DNA from: an uncultured delta proteobacterium
GTDB lineage: Bacteria > Myxococcota_A > Polyangia > Polyangiales > Polyangiaceae
Assembly (NCBI GenBank): GCA_963782055.1
Contig: CAWAIF010000003.1
Location: 3,968,001-4,032,000 of the forward strand
Length of the DNA stretch: 64,000 bases
Direction: 5' to 3'
Below the pieces are notes generated by a model. The model made no database searches. It saw only the letters and a program-made list of their open reading frames with translations, and was not told the origin of the DNA. The position numbers and the translations under genes were made by a program. Positions 36,670 through 45,989 of this stretch are shown piece by piece; the stretch's first letter is position 1; each line of letters starts with the position of its first letter.

Positions 36670-39168
36670 GTGCGCGTCGCGCGACAATCGCTCCCGCTGC
36701 TCGTCCTCCTCCTCGGCCTGGCGCCCTCGGCCCACGCGCTGGTGTGGCCGGACGTGCCCGAGCGCATCGAGCGCGGCCTCTCTTCGTCCGACCCGGCCGC
36801 ACGCCGCGCCGCGGCGCTGCAGATCCGCTCCCTCGGCGTGGCCAGGGCCGCGCCGCTGCTGCGCGAGGCGCTGGGCGATCCGGACGTGGAGGTCCGCCTG
36901 GCCGCTGCCGACGCGGCGATCCGCCTGCGGTGGGCCCCCGCCACGCAGGAGGTCCTGCCCTGGCTCGGCGACCGCGAGACGCGCCTGCGCATCGAGGCGT
37001 GCGCCGTCGCCCGCGCCCTGCCGTCGCCCGACGCCATCCCCCACCTGGCGCGCGCGCTCTCCGACGCCGAGGCCACCGTCCGCGGCGCCGCCGCCGAGGC
37101 GCTCGGCACGCAGCACTCGGCCGACGCGGTCACCCCGCTGCTCGGCAAGCTGGACGATCCGGCGCCCCCGGTGCGCATCGCCGTCGTGCGATCGCTCGCG
37201 CGGCTCGGCGACCGGCGCGCGGTCGTGCCGCTCGTCGGCAAGGTGCAGGACTCGGTGACCGACGTGCGCAAGGAGGTGGCGCGCGCGCTCGGCGATCTGG
37301 GCGACCCGCGCGCCTCGCAGGCGTTGCTGCTCGAGCTGCGCGACAACCTCAACGACGTGCGCATCGAGGCGCTCCACGCGCTCGGCCGCCTGCGCGCCCG
37401 CGACGCCGTCGACGCCATCGCCCCCCTCGCCAAGGACCGCATGCCGACGCTGCGGCAGGCGGCGATCCAGGCGCTCGGGCGCATCGGCAACGCCGACGCT
37501 GTCGAGGCCCTCATCGGCCTGCTCGGCCTGGGCGAGGACGCCGCCGGCACCCTCGACCGCACGCCGGTGCGCGACGCCCTCGTCGCCTCCGGCGCGCCCG
37601 CCGCGCCCCTGCTCGCCAAGGTGGTCCGCGATCCGCCGAGCGTGACCGCCGCGGTGAGCGCGGCCTGGGTGCTCGGCGAGCTGCGCGCCACCGGCGAGTC
37701 GAAGACGATCATCGCGGCGATGCGACGCGGCTCCTTGCCGGCAGCGGCGGCGCTGCACGCGCTCGGCGGCACCGGCGGGCCCGACGCCATCCCGGTGGTG
37801 CTGGAGTTCGCGATCGACGCCAACCCGCAGGTGCGCACCGAGGCGCTGGCCGCGGCCTCCCGGCTCCTCGACCCCGCGCACCCCGACGGCCGCTTCGTCG
37901 AGCCCCTCGTGGCCGCGCTCAAGGAGCCTCGCCTGTCCCTCCAGGACCGCGCGGCCGTCGCGCGGTTGCTCGGCAAGACGGGCTCACCGCGCGCGGCGCC
38001 GCCGCTCTCCGGGCTGCTCGGGGCCAAGGACGCCACGCTGCGGCTGGCGGCGATCGACGCCCTCGGCACGCTCGGGCAGCCCGCCGCCGACGACGCGCTG
38101 GTGCCGCTGCTGGCCGAGGCGGACCCGAGCGTGCGCCTTCATGCGGCGGTCGCGCTCAGCGAGGCCGGGGGGCCGCGCGCCCGCGACGCGCTGCTCGCCA
38201 AGCTGGACGCCAGCGAGGAGACCGACCGCGCCGCGGTGCTCACCGCGCTGGCCGGCGTGCTCTCGCGCTCCCCCACCCCCGCGGCGATCGCCCGGCTGAC
38301 GCACGAGCTGGACCTCGCCGCCGGCGCCGAGCGCGACGCCGTGCTCCTCGCCGTCGGCCGCGCGCCCATTCCGTCGGCGGGGGCGCTCCTCGCGCGTGCC
38401 GCTCGCTCCGAGACGATCGAGGACCGCCGCGCGGTGGCGACGTTGCTCCCCGCCCGGTCCGCCGCGGAGGCCGCTCCCCTCGCCACCGCGCTCCTCGCCG
38501 ACCCTGACGCGTCGGTGCGCGCGCAGGCCGCCTGGGCCCTCGGCACCCTCGGCACGCCGGCCGTCGCCCCGCGCCTGGTCGCCCAGACCTCCGGCGCCGA
38601 CGACCCCGCGGCCATCGACGCCACCGCCGCGCTCGGCCGCATCGCCGCGCGCGCCCACCAGCCCGATCTCGCCGCCAAGTGGCTCTGCCCGCGCCTCGCC
38701 GCGCCGCACCCTTACGTCCGCGCCAACGCCCTCGCCGGCCTCGCCCTGGCGCGCGCGCGCTGCGGCGACGGCGCGAGGGAGCGAGCGCTCCTGCTCGAGG
38801 ACGACAACGACGCGGTGCGCGCCGCCGCCGCGCGCGCCGTGCGCAACCCCGCCGCCGGCACCGCGCCGAGGACGACGGAGGACACCCGCGTGCTGGAGGT
38901 CTGCGCCACCTCCGACCGCTCCCCGGCCGTCGCGCGGGAGTGCAGCCACCCATCCCGTCCGGCCTCCGGCTCGCACCCGCTGCTCGTCTACGTCGTCCCG
39001 GACGACGGCCCGGCGCCCGTGCCCCGGAGCGCCTACGCCATCGCCCTGTCCGACGGCATGACCCACGCCGGCACGACCGATCGCCGCGGCGCCGTCTTCA
39101 ATCCCGCCGTGCCGGACGGCGTGGTCACCCTGCGCCCGGCCGTCGTCCCGCGCGACACGCGGCGCTGA
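36670..39168 (+). CDS. Exported HEAT/PBS-lyase repeat protein
   Basis: Signal peptide and many D..P.VR..AA.ALG repeats. Confidence 0.85.
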   Translation: MRVARQSLPLLVLLLGLAPSAHALVWPDVPERIERGLSSSDPAARRAAALQIRSLGVARAAPLLREALGDPDVEVRLAAADAAIRLRWAPATQEVLPWLGDRETRLRIEACAVARALPSPDAIPHLARALSDAEATVRGAAAEALGTQHSADAVTPLLGKLDDPAPPVRIAVVRSLARLGDRRAVVPLVGKVQDSVTDVRKEVARALGDLGDPRASQALLLELRDNLNDVRIEALHALGRLRARDAVDAIAPLAKDRMPTLRQAAIQALGRIGNADAVEALIGLLGLGEDAAGTLDRTPVRDALVASGAPAAPLLAKVVRDPPSVTAAVSAAWVLGELRATGESKTIIAAMRRGSLPAAAALHALGGTGGPDAIPVVLEFAIDANPQVRTEALAAASRLLDPAHPDGRFVEPLVAALKEPRLSLQDRAAVARLLGKTGSPRAAPPLSGLLGAKDATLRLAAIDALGTLGQPAADDALVPLLAEADPSVRLHAAVALSEAGGPRARDALLAKLDASEETDRAAVLTALAGVLSRSPTPAAIARLTHELDLAAGAERDAVLLAVGRAPIPSAGALLARAARSETIEDRRAVATLLPARSAAEAAPLATALLADPDASVRAQAAWALGTLGTPAVAPRLVAQTSGADDPAAIDATAALGRIAARAHQPDLAAKWLCPRLAAPHPYVRANALAGLALARARCGDGARERALLLEDDNDAVRAAAARAVRNPAAGTAPRTTEDTRVLEVCATSDRSPAVARECSHPSRPASGSHPLLVYVVPDDGPAPVPRSAYAIALSDGMTHAGTTDRRGAVFNPAVPDGVVTLRPAVVPRDTRR

Positions 39169-39187
39169 TCACTGCGCCCGCGGGGCC

Positions 39188-39559
39188 TCAGGACTCGAAG
39201 TACGCGGCCGCGCAGACGTCGTTCTCCCAGATCTCCACGCGGTGGACCCGCACGCGGCCGTCCTCCACCTTCGCCGCCAGGTTCTGGAACACCACGCGCG
39301 CGATGTTCTCCGCGGTGGGGTTCACGTCGTCGAAGGGTTGCACCTCGTTGAGGAACACGTGCTCGTAGGGCTCGACGATCGCGCGGAGCGCCGGGCCGAG
39401 CTCGTTGAAGTCCATCACGAAGCCGCGAGAGTCCAGCTCGGCGGCGCGGATCGTCGCGCGGATGCGCCAGTTGTGCCCGTGCAGGCGCTCGCCCTCTCCC
39501 GGCGCGAGGCGAAGCTGGTGGGCGGCGGCGACGACGGTCTCGGTGCTGATTTCCCACAT
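39188..39559 (-). CDS. queD: 6-carboxy-5,6,7,8-tetrahydropterin synthase
   Basis: AAHQL, LHGHNW, MDF, NPTAENIA, EIWEN. Confidence 0.88.
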   Translation of the reverse strand: MWEISTETVVAAAHQLRLAPGEGERLHGHNWRIRATIRAAELDSRGFVMDFNELGPALRAIVEPYEHVFLNEVQPFDDVNPTAENIARVVFQNLAAKVEDGRVRVHRVEIWENDVCAAAYFES

Positions 39560-39632
39560 GGCGCGCTCACTCGTTAGCACCGATGCCGCCTGACCACCAT
39601 ACCGGGCCCCTCGATCGTGCTATGGCCCATGC

Positions 39633-40238
39633 GTGGCCAAGCGCTTCCGTCGAAAGGACGCCGAGCCGGAGGGCATCGACGCGATCCTCGCGCGCGCCGG
39701 GGAGGATCGCTTCGCTCCGCGCCGTCCTCCGGTGACGCCGGTGGTGTGGCGGCAGGCCGTCGGCCCGCGCGTCGCGGAGCGCACCGTGCCGCTCTCGCTG
39801 AGCCGCGGCACGCTCCTCGTCCAGACGGCGACGAGCGCGTGGGCCAGCGAGCTATCCCTCCTGCAGGCGGAGATCGTGGAGCGCCTGCGCCGTCAGGGTA
39901 TCCAGGTCAACGCGCTGCGCTTCCGCGCCGGGCCGGTGGCGCCGCCGCAGCGCCCGGCGGAGCGCCGCACCAGCCGCACGGTGCCACCTCCCACCGAACT
40001 CCCGCCGCGGCTCGCGCGCGCGGTGCGAGGCATCCCGGACGAGGAGCTGCGCGGCGCGGTGGAGCAGGCCGCGCGCGCCAACCTCGCCTGGCAGGAGCAG
40101 GTGCCTATCGAATTGCGGCCAGCCGCTCCAGCCCCTCCAGCCGCTGAAACAGAAAGCGCTCCGCCGGACCGAAGCCGGCGAGCTGCTCGTGCAAGAGCTC
40201 CAGGTACTCCCGCAGGCGGTCGCGGTCGATCGCGGTGA
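39633..40238 (+). CDS. DUF721/DciA-family protein
   Basis: WRQAVGPRVAERTVP..GTLLVQTATSAWASELSLL..IVERL. Confidence 0.8.
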   Translation: MAKRFRRKDAEPEGIDAILARAGEDRFAPRRPPVTPVVWRQAVGPRVAERTVPLSLSRGTLLVQTATSAWASELSLLQAEIVERLRRQGIQVNALRFRAGPVAPPQRPAERRTSRTVPPPTELPPRLARAVRGIPDEELRGAVEQAARANLAWQEQVPIELRPAAPAPPAAETESAPPDRSRRAARARAPGTPAGGRGRSR

Positions 40239-40971
40239 CGCGCCGGAAGGCGTTGTACAGCTCGTCGATGACCGGCGCGGGCGCGAGGCGCGCCTGCGAG
40301 CAGTACAGCTCGATGACGTAGTCCGCCCACGGGCCCTTGCCCGTCGCCGTCGCCAGCCGCGCGGAGAAGCGCGCCGCCTGGTCCGCGAGCGTCGGCGTGA
40401 TGCGCTTGCCCGCGCGCGCGGCCTCGATCACGTCCGCCAGGGGCGAGGCCAGGATGCGCTCCGCCTCCGCCGCCCGTCCCATCGCCAGCGCCTTCTCGGC
40501 CACGCCGCCGAGCAGGTTGAAGGCGTCGGCGCGTCGCACCATGCTGACGTCGCTGTTGTCCTCCCAGTTGGGCGGCCCAGTGGGCCCCGCGGGGGCGGCC
40601 GGCGGATCGCCGCCGACGGCGGCGGACATGTCCGGCATGCGCGGCAGGGTCATCTTGAGGGGGTTGCGGGTCATGGTGGGCGGGCCGCCGCTCTGGCCGC
40701 CGACGAGCAGCATCTCCTGCGAGCCGATCTGGATGCGATCGCCCGGACGGAGGATCACCCTGCCCGTGATGCGCTCGCCGTTCACCGAGACGCCGTTGCG
40801 GCTGCCGAGGTCCTCGACCGTCACCGCGTCGTCGCGCACCATGAGCATCCCGTGGCGGCGCGACACCAGCGGGTCGTCGAGGGAGAGCTGGCAGCTCGCG
40901 TTGCGACCCACCACGAACTCGCCTTCGTTGAGCTCCAGATCGTGGTTCAGGTAGCGCAGCCGGAAGCGCAT
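40105..40971 (-). CDS. FHA-domain protein
   Basis: VGRNASC, VSRRH, EDLGSRNG, GDRIQIG. Confidence 0.9.
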   Translation of the reverse strand: MRFRLRYLNHDLELNEGEFVVGRNASCQLSLDDPLVSRRHGMLMVRDDAVTVEDLGSRNGVSVNGERITGRVILRPGDRIQIGSQEMLLVGGQSGGPPTMTRNPLKMTLPRMPDMSAAVGGDPPAAPAGPTGPPNWEDNSDVSMVRRADAFNLLGGVAEKALAMGRAAEAERILASPLADVIEAARAGKRITPTLADQAARFSARLATATGKGPWADYVIELYCSQARLAPAPVIDELYNAFRRVTAIDRDRLREYLELLHEQLAGFGPAERFLFQRLEGLERLAAIR

Positions 40972-41062
40972 CGTCTTTCAGTTTGTACCGCTCCGCCACG
41001 CGCCGCGGCAAGCTTGCGGCGGGCGGCGCCCTGCCCGGAGCACGCCCCCCGTCGGCGCCATC

Positions 41063-41966
41063 TCAGGAGAGCACGGGATTTCGCGTGGTGGTGTCCGGGT
41101 CCGGCGGCGCCCCCATGACCCGCGCGAGCGACTCCAGCCGCGCGGCCACCGACGCGGCCTCGGGGTCGGTGTGTCCGCGCAGGGCGAGCACCAGCTCGGC
41201 CACCGGCTGGGCGAGCTCCGACCGGAAGGTGAGCGCCACCCGGCCGATGTCCTCCAGCGCGGACTCCGGCGGGACCTGGCGCGCGCGCACGTACGCGCGG
41301 ACGCCCCACATGGCGTGGACCGGCTCCCGTGTGGAGATCGCTCGCCCGGCAGGTGGCCTCGCACACCAGCGCGAGCTGGCGGCCGTCGATCGGCTCGCCG
41401 GCGGCGATGCGATCGTCCACCTGGGCGATGATCCGCCCGAGCGCCCGGACGGCGTCGGCGTGGCGGCCCAGGGTGAGCGCGCGTTCGAGCACCTCGAGCA
41501 GGAGCTGCACGCCCCACGAGTGCTGCGACTCCGCGCCGAGCTGGCCGGTCATGGTGTCCTCCTCCACCTGCTCGGTCGAGCCGCAGTTGGGGCACTGCAG
41601 GCTCTCCCTGGCGTAGGGCAGGCGGCAGCGCGCGCAGTGCTGGAGGAAGCCGGTTGTCTTGGCGACGTGGGGCCCGGAGGACTCGCCGAGCTCGCAGAAG
41701 ACGAGCTCCTGCGTGCCGATGCGCAGGCGGTCGCCGTCCTTGAGCCGCGCCGGCGACTTGACCGCGATCCCGTTCACCTTGACGCCGTTGCGACTGCCGA
41801 GGTCCTCGAGCTGCGCGCCACCCTCGTCGATGACGATGCGCGCGTGCTGCCGCGAGACCAGCGGGTCCTCGATCGTCACGTGGCACTCCGGGCTACGCCC
41901 GACGAGCGTGATCCCGCGCGGCAGGTCGATCTCCTGGAGCAAGAAGCGGAGCCGGAAGCGGGCCAT
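41063..41966 (-). pseudogene. FHA-domain protein with a zinc ribbon; apparent +1 frameshift near 41333 (or sequencing error)
   Basis: FHA motifs and CARC..CPNC. After RASDL the reading continues sensibly only in the 41063..41311 frame (REPVHAMWGVRAYVRARQVPP). Confidence 0.65.
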
Positions 41967-42073
41967 CCAACCGAACTATACCGCAGAAGACGTTGCGGTT
42001 CGACGCCTCCACGCGTGGCGCGTTCGCCCTTCGCCGAACGCGCGCGATCTGGTATCTTGGGCCGCACCCTCGT

Positions 42074-42337
42074 ATGGACGCTTCGCGCGACGACCTCCTC
42101 AAGCTCTGCCGCGAAGTGCTCGCACCGCTCATCGCGGCCGACGGCGGCGTGCTCTATCTGGTCAGCTCCACGACCGAGGAGGTGCACCTGCACCTCGCCG
42201 GGACGTGCGCGGGCTGCCCAGGCGCCGCCCTCACGCGGGAGGACGTCATCGCCCCCGCGGTGCGCTCGGTGCTGCCCAAGGCGAAGCTACAGGTCACCGC
42301 CGGCTGGCGGATCCCCGAGGGCGCCGAGAAGGTCTGA
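42074..42337 (+). CDS. NifU/Nfu C-terminal domain protein
   Basis: LAPLIAADGG..LHLAGTCAGCP. Confidence 0.85.
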   Translation: MDASRDDLLKLCREVLAPLIAADGGVLYLVSSTTEEVHLHLAGTCAGCPGAALTREDVIAPAVRSVLPKAKLQVTAGWRIPEGAEKV

Positions 42338-42363
42338 GTGGCGGCTGTCAGCCAGCCTCCACC

Positions 42364-43218
42364 TCAGTGCTTGTGCTTGTCCTTCTTCGGCGCGCCCGCG
42401 TCCTGGTTGCGGTACGCGTTGGGGTCGGAGATGCGGTGGTGGGTGATCGCGGCGATCGTCGGGTCGAGCGCGAGAGGGTCGATCTCCTTGTTCGCGCGGA
42501 GCTGAGGCAGCGCGTTCAGCGTGGCCCGCTCCTCCATGACGACGGCGACGCTGCTGCCGCGATCCTCGGCCCGCAGGTGGGTCCTCCCGTCCTGCCAGTC
42601 GGCGGTGGCGTACTTCAGGCCGTTCGTCGCGTCGGGGACGCGGATGCGGGCGGGCGCGTTCAGCTTGATGTTCAGCTTGGTGACCGCCTGCTGGAAGTTC
42701 GCCCCGTACAGGCCGTTCGCCTTGTAGGGGACGTCGTCGAAGATCTTCCAGAGCCTGTCGCTCGGCGGGGCGCCGATGAAGAAGAAGTACCGGCGGACGC
42801 CGTGGCGGTCGACGTACATCACCGCCTCGTGGTTGCGGTACGAGAACTCGCCGCGGATGCTCGTGTTGTCGAAGCCGGTCGGCGTGTCGTTGAAGGGCAC
42901 GAAGCTGTTGGCGAAGGCCGCCTTGCGGTTGTCGCGCTCCGCCTCCACCGACTGCATCGTGACGCCGGGTTGCATCCGCGCGAGCCGCGGGTTGTAGTCC
43001 TGGTCGAAGATGCCGCCGGTCTGGTTGAAGATGCGCACCACCGCCTGGTGGTTCGACCCCCACCGGAACTGGGCGAGCAACGGCGCCATCGAAGAGACTG
43101 TCGGCGGGTCCGCCGCCACGGCAGGCGCGGCGTGGGCGCGCGGCTTGGCCGCGAGGACGCTCGCGACCGGGATGGTCGCCAAGATGAGCACGGTGGCTAC
43201 GACTGCGCTTCGTTTCAT
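42364..43218 (-). CDS. Hypothetical exported protein
   Basis: AAGGAGG SD, signal peptide MKRSAVVATVLILA, strongly coding-like codon usage. Confidence 0.75.
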   Translation of the reverse strand: MKRSAVVATVLILATIPVASVLAAKPRAHAAPAVAADPPTVSSMAPLLAQFRWGSNHQAVVRIFNQTGGIFDQDYNPRLARMQPGVTMQSVEAERDNRKAAFANSFVPFNDTPTGFDNTSIRGEFSYRNHEAVMYVDRHGVRRYFFFIGAPPSDRLWKIFDDVPYKANGLYGANFQQAVTKLNIKLNAPARIRVPDATNGLKYATADWQDGRTHLRAEDRGSSVAVVMEERATLNALPQLRANKEIDPLALDPTIAAITHHRISDPNAYRNQDAGAPKKDKHKH

Positions 43219-43451
43219 CACGGCCTCCTTACGGCCTCTCACGCCGAACGGCAAACTCGCGTCGCCCCGGCACCGCCACGGCCGAGCCCTGGCGCGGCCA
43301 AAAGCTACCACTTTGCTACATGCCCCTACAAGGTGACGTAAACCCCCGAAACGGGCTGCAGGTTGGACGCACCAGACCAAGAAATGATGGAATCATTCTC
43401 GCTCTCCGTCGGCTTCCTTCCGGCCGGCCCGTGATAAGAAGCCAAATCCTC

Positions 43452-44006
43452 ATGTTCTCGCGCCCCTTGGCCGTGCTCGCCCTGGTCACCGGCCTCGCCG
43501 GCTGCGCGGGGGGGCCCGACGCCTCAGCCCCGACTCGCCCGATGCCACCCTGGCAGGGTCACTCGAGGGAGCTCTTCGACGACGCCATCGAGCCCCGGGC
43601 GGTCGGCCTGTCGCTCGAGCTGACGCGCACCCCCCGGACCGACCCGGTCCTGCGGGAGCGGACGCAGGTGGGGGACGCGGTCCTGCGGGTGAAGGTGGAC
43701 ACCGTGACGGTCCAGGCGGACGGCATCGACGCCCGCTACCAGATCGGCCTGCGCGTGATGAAGAAGCTGACCGGAGAGCACCCGCCGCCCTCCCCCTTCG
43801 TGGTGGAGGTGACCAAGGCCTCGCCGTCCTTCGGGATCGTCAAGAGCCTGGACGCCCGCCTGAGCGGCAAGACCTTCGTCGCCTTCGTCCGCGAGTTCAA
43901 GACCGGCGCGGACGACCCGCGCATCCACTTTCACCTCGCGCCGGACACCAAGGACGTGCTGGCGGCGGTGAGCGATGCCTCGGCGCTGACGGAGATCGGC
44001 GATTGA
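43452..44006 (+). CDS. Hypothetical lipoprotein
   Basis: Lipobox LAGC. Confidence 0.7.
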   Translation: MFSRPLAVLALVTGLAGCAGGPDASAPTRPMPPWQGHSRELFDDAIEPRAVGLSLELTRTPRTDPVLRERTQVGDAVLRVKVDTVTVQADGIDARYQIGLRVMKKLTGEHPPPSPFVVEVTKASPSFGIVKSLDARLSGKTFVAFVREFKTGADDPRIHFHLAPDTKDVLAAVSDASALTEIGD

Positions 44007-44064
44007 GTCGTCACCCGGTGGGGCTTGCGGGACGCGCGGCGCCGCCACAAAGTAGGTGTTTGGC

Positions 44065-44862
44065 ATGAATATCGAGCTCAAGAGCACCCGGGAGATCGAG
44101 GGCATCCGCGTCGCCTCCCAGATGGCGGCGGAGACCCTGCTCCTCGTCGGCGAGAAGATCCGCCCCGGTATGACGACGGAGGAGATCGACCGCATCGTCC
44201 ACGACGACACGGTCCGCCGCGACGCCTACCCAGCACCGCTCAACTACAAGGGCTTCCCCAAGAGCGTCTGCACCTCCGTGAACGACGTGGTCTGCCACGG
44301 CATCCCGGGCCCGCAGGTGCTCAAGAACGGCGACATCGTCAACGTCGACGTGACCACCTTCTACAAGGGCTTCTACGGGGACACGTCCGCCACGTTCTAC
44401 ATCGGCACGCCGAGCGCGCAGGCGCGCCATGTGGTCGAGGTCTGCCGCCAGGCGCTCGAGCTGGGCATCGCCGAGGTGAAGGACGGCGCGCGCTTCGGCG
44501 ACATCGGGGCCGCCATCCAGCAGTACGTGGAGTCGCAGGGCTGCAGCGTGGTGCGCGACTTCGTCGGCCACGGCATCGGCCGCCGCTTCCACGAGCCGCC
44601 CCAGGTCAAGCACTACGGCAAGCGGGGCGCCGGCGATCGCATCCGCGCGGGCATGGTCTTCACGATCGAGCCCATGGTGAACGTCGGCAACTTCGAGGTG
44701 GAGATCGATCCGTCCGACAAGTGGACCGTGCGCACCTCCGACGGCTCGCTCTCGGCGCAGTTCGAGCACACCATCGCCGTCACCAAGGCAGGCGCGGAGG
44801 TGCTCACCCGCCGCGCCAAACCCCTGCGCTTCTCCGAGAACGTCGCCACCGTCATGCTCTAG
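44065..44862 (+). CDS. map: Methionine aminopeptidase type I
   Basis: CTSVNDVVCHGIP, NVDVT, GDTS, GHGIG..FHE, FTIEPM, AQFEHT. Confidence 0.96.
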   Translation: MNIELKSTREIEGIRVASQMAAETLLLVGEKIRPGMTTEEIDRIVHDDTVRRDAYPAPLNYKGFPKSVCTSVNDVVCHGIPGPQVLKNGDIVNVDVTTFYKGFYGDTSATFYIGTPSAQARHVVEVCRQALELGIAEVKDGARFGDIGAAIQQYVESQGCSVVRDFVGHGIGRRFHEPPQVKHYGKRGAGDRIRAGMVFTIEPMVNVGNFEVEIDPSDKWTVRTSDGSLSAQFEHTIAVTKAGAEVLTRRAKPLRFSENVATVML

Positions 44863-44866
44863 ATGA

Positions 44867-44958
44867 ACGAGCGCGATTCGGAATCGCGCTCGTCCGATTT
44901 AGGTCTTGTCTCACGGGGCGGCACGCGCCGCCCCGTGCCGAAAAACACGGTTTTTCGG
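44867..44958. repeat. Three tandem inverted repeats between the convergent map and dipeptidase genes
   Basis: ACGAGCGCGATTC-G-GAATCGCGCTCGT; CACGGGGCGGC-ACGC-GCCGCCCCGTG; CCGAAAAAC-ACG-GTTTTTCGG. Confidence 0.75.
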
Positions 44959-45966
44959 GGCCCCACCGCACCCGTGCGCGCGCGCCCAGGCGAGCACGCG
45001 CTCGGCGTTCCGGTGCATCACCCGCTCGACGTCCTCGGCGGAGAGGCCCCGCGCGCGCAGGCGCGCCGCCAGCGCCGGCCAGCTCGCCTCGCCATCGGCG
45101 TCGCGCGGGGGCGTGATGTTGCCCTCGAAGTCGCTGCCGATGCCGACGTGCCCGGCGCCCGCGACGCGCACCGCGTAGATCACGTGCGCGGCGACGTCGT
45201 CCAGCGTGCCGGCCTCGCCGGCGCGGCCACCGGTGTGGCTCTCGTGCATGCTGATGCCGATGACCCCGCCGGTCCGCGCGATGGCGCGCGCCTCCGCGTC
45301 GCCCAGGTTGCGCGCCGTGTCCCGCAGGCCGCGCATGCCGGTGTGCGAGTCGACGACGGGCGCCCCGGCGCTCCCGGCGATGGCGATCAGCTCCGCGGCC
45401 GCGGCGTCGGAGGCGTGGGCCACGTCCAGCACGGCGCCGCGCGCCACCAGGTGCTCGGCGAGCACCCGCCCCTCGGCGGTGAGGCCGCGCGCGCGCGCCT
45501 CCGGCCGCACGTCCTGGCTCGCGCCGCCCAGGGCGTTGGCGCGGGAGTGCACCAGCCCGAAGAAGCAGGCGCCCCGCGCGACCCAGACGTCGGCGGCTGC
45601 CGGATCGCCGGCGAAGCCGTCGGCGCCCTCGAAGGCGAGCACGAAGGGCGGCAGCTCGGCGCGCGCGGCGAGCAGATCGCGGTACGTCGCGTCGTACTCG
45701 GCGCGCACCCCTGCCGGCGACATCGCCTCCGCGCCGCCGACGAAGAGCGGGATCACCAGCGCGCGCACGTGCCCGGCGCGCAGGCGGGCCAGGCTCGCGT
45801 CCTCCCCCGGAGCGGCGGGCGAGGCGTGCCTCGCGTGCAGGGCGTAGCCCCAGTCGACGTGCAGATCCACGACGGGCGTCACGGGAGGCGCAGGCCGCGC
45901 GGACCGCGCCGGCGACGATGCGCCGCACGCGCATGCGCACGCGCACGCCAGCAGGAGCGCACGCAT
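44911..45966 (-). CDS. Membrane dipeptidase (peptidase M19) lipoprotein
   Basis: DLHVD, AFEGAD, LDVAHAS, DSHTG, RNL, GIGSDFEG. Confidence 0.88.
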   Translation of the reverse strand: MRALLLACACACACGASSPARSARPAPPVTPVVDLHVDWGYALHARHASPAAPGEDASLARLRAGHVRALVIPLFVGGAEAMSPAGVRAEYDATYRDLLAARAELPPFVLAFEGADGFAGDPAAADVWVARGACFFGLVHSRANALGGASQDVRPEARARGLTAEGRVLAEHLVARGAVLDVAHASDAAAAELIAIAGSAGAPVVDSHTGMRGLRDTARNLGDAEARAIARTGGVIGISMHESHTGGRAGEAGTLDDVAAHVIYAVRVAGAGHVGIGSDFEGNITPPRDADGEASWPALAARLRARGLSAEDVERVMHRNAERVLAWARAHGCGGAPKNRVFRHGAARAAP

Positions 45967-45989
45967 CGACCCCGCTCGCCGCGGGGGCT

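Noticed and set aside
43240..43380. c-di-GMP-I riboswitch (GGCAAAC and GAAA words)
   Set aside because: The words are not arranged as the P2 stem plus GACGCAAAGC consensus.
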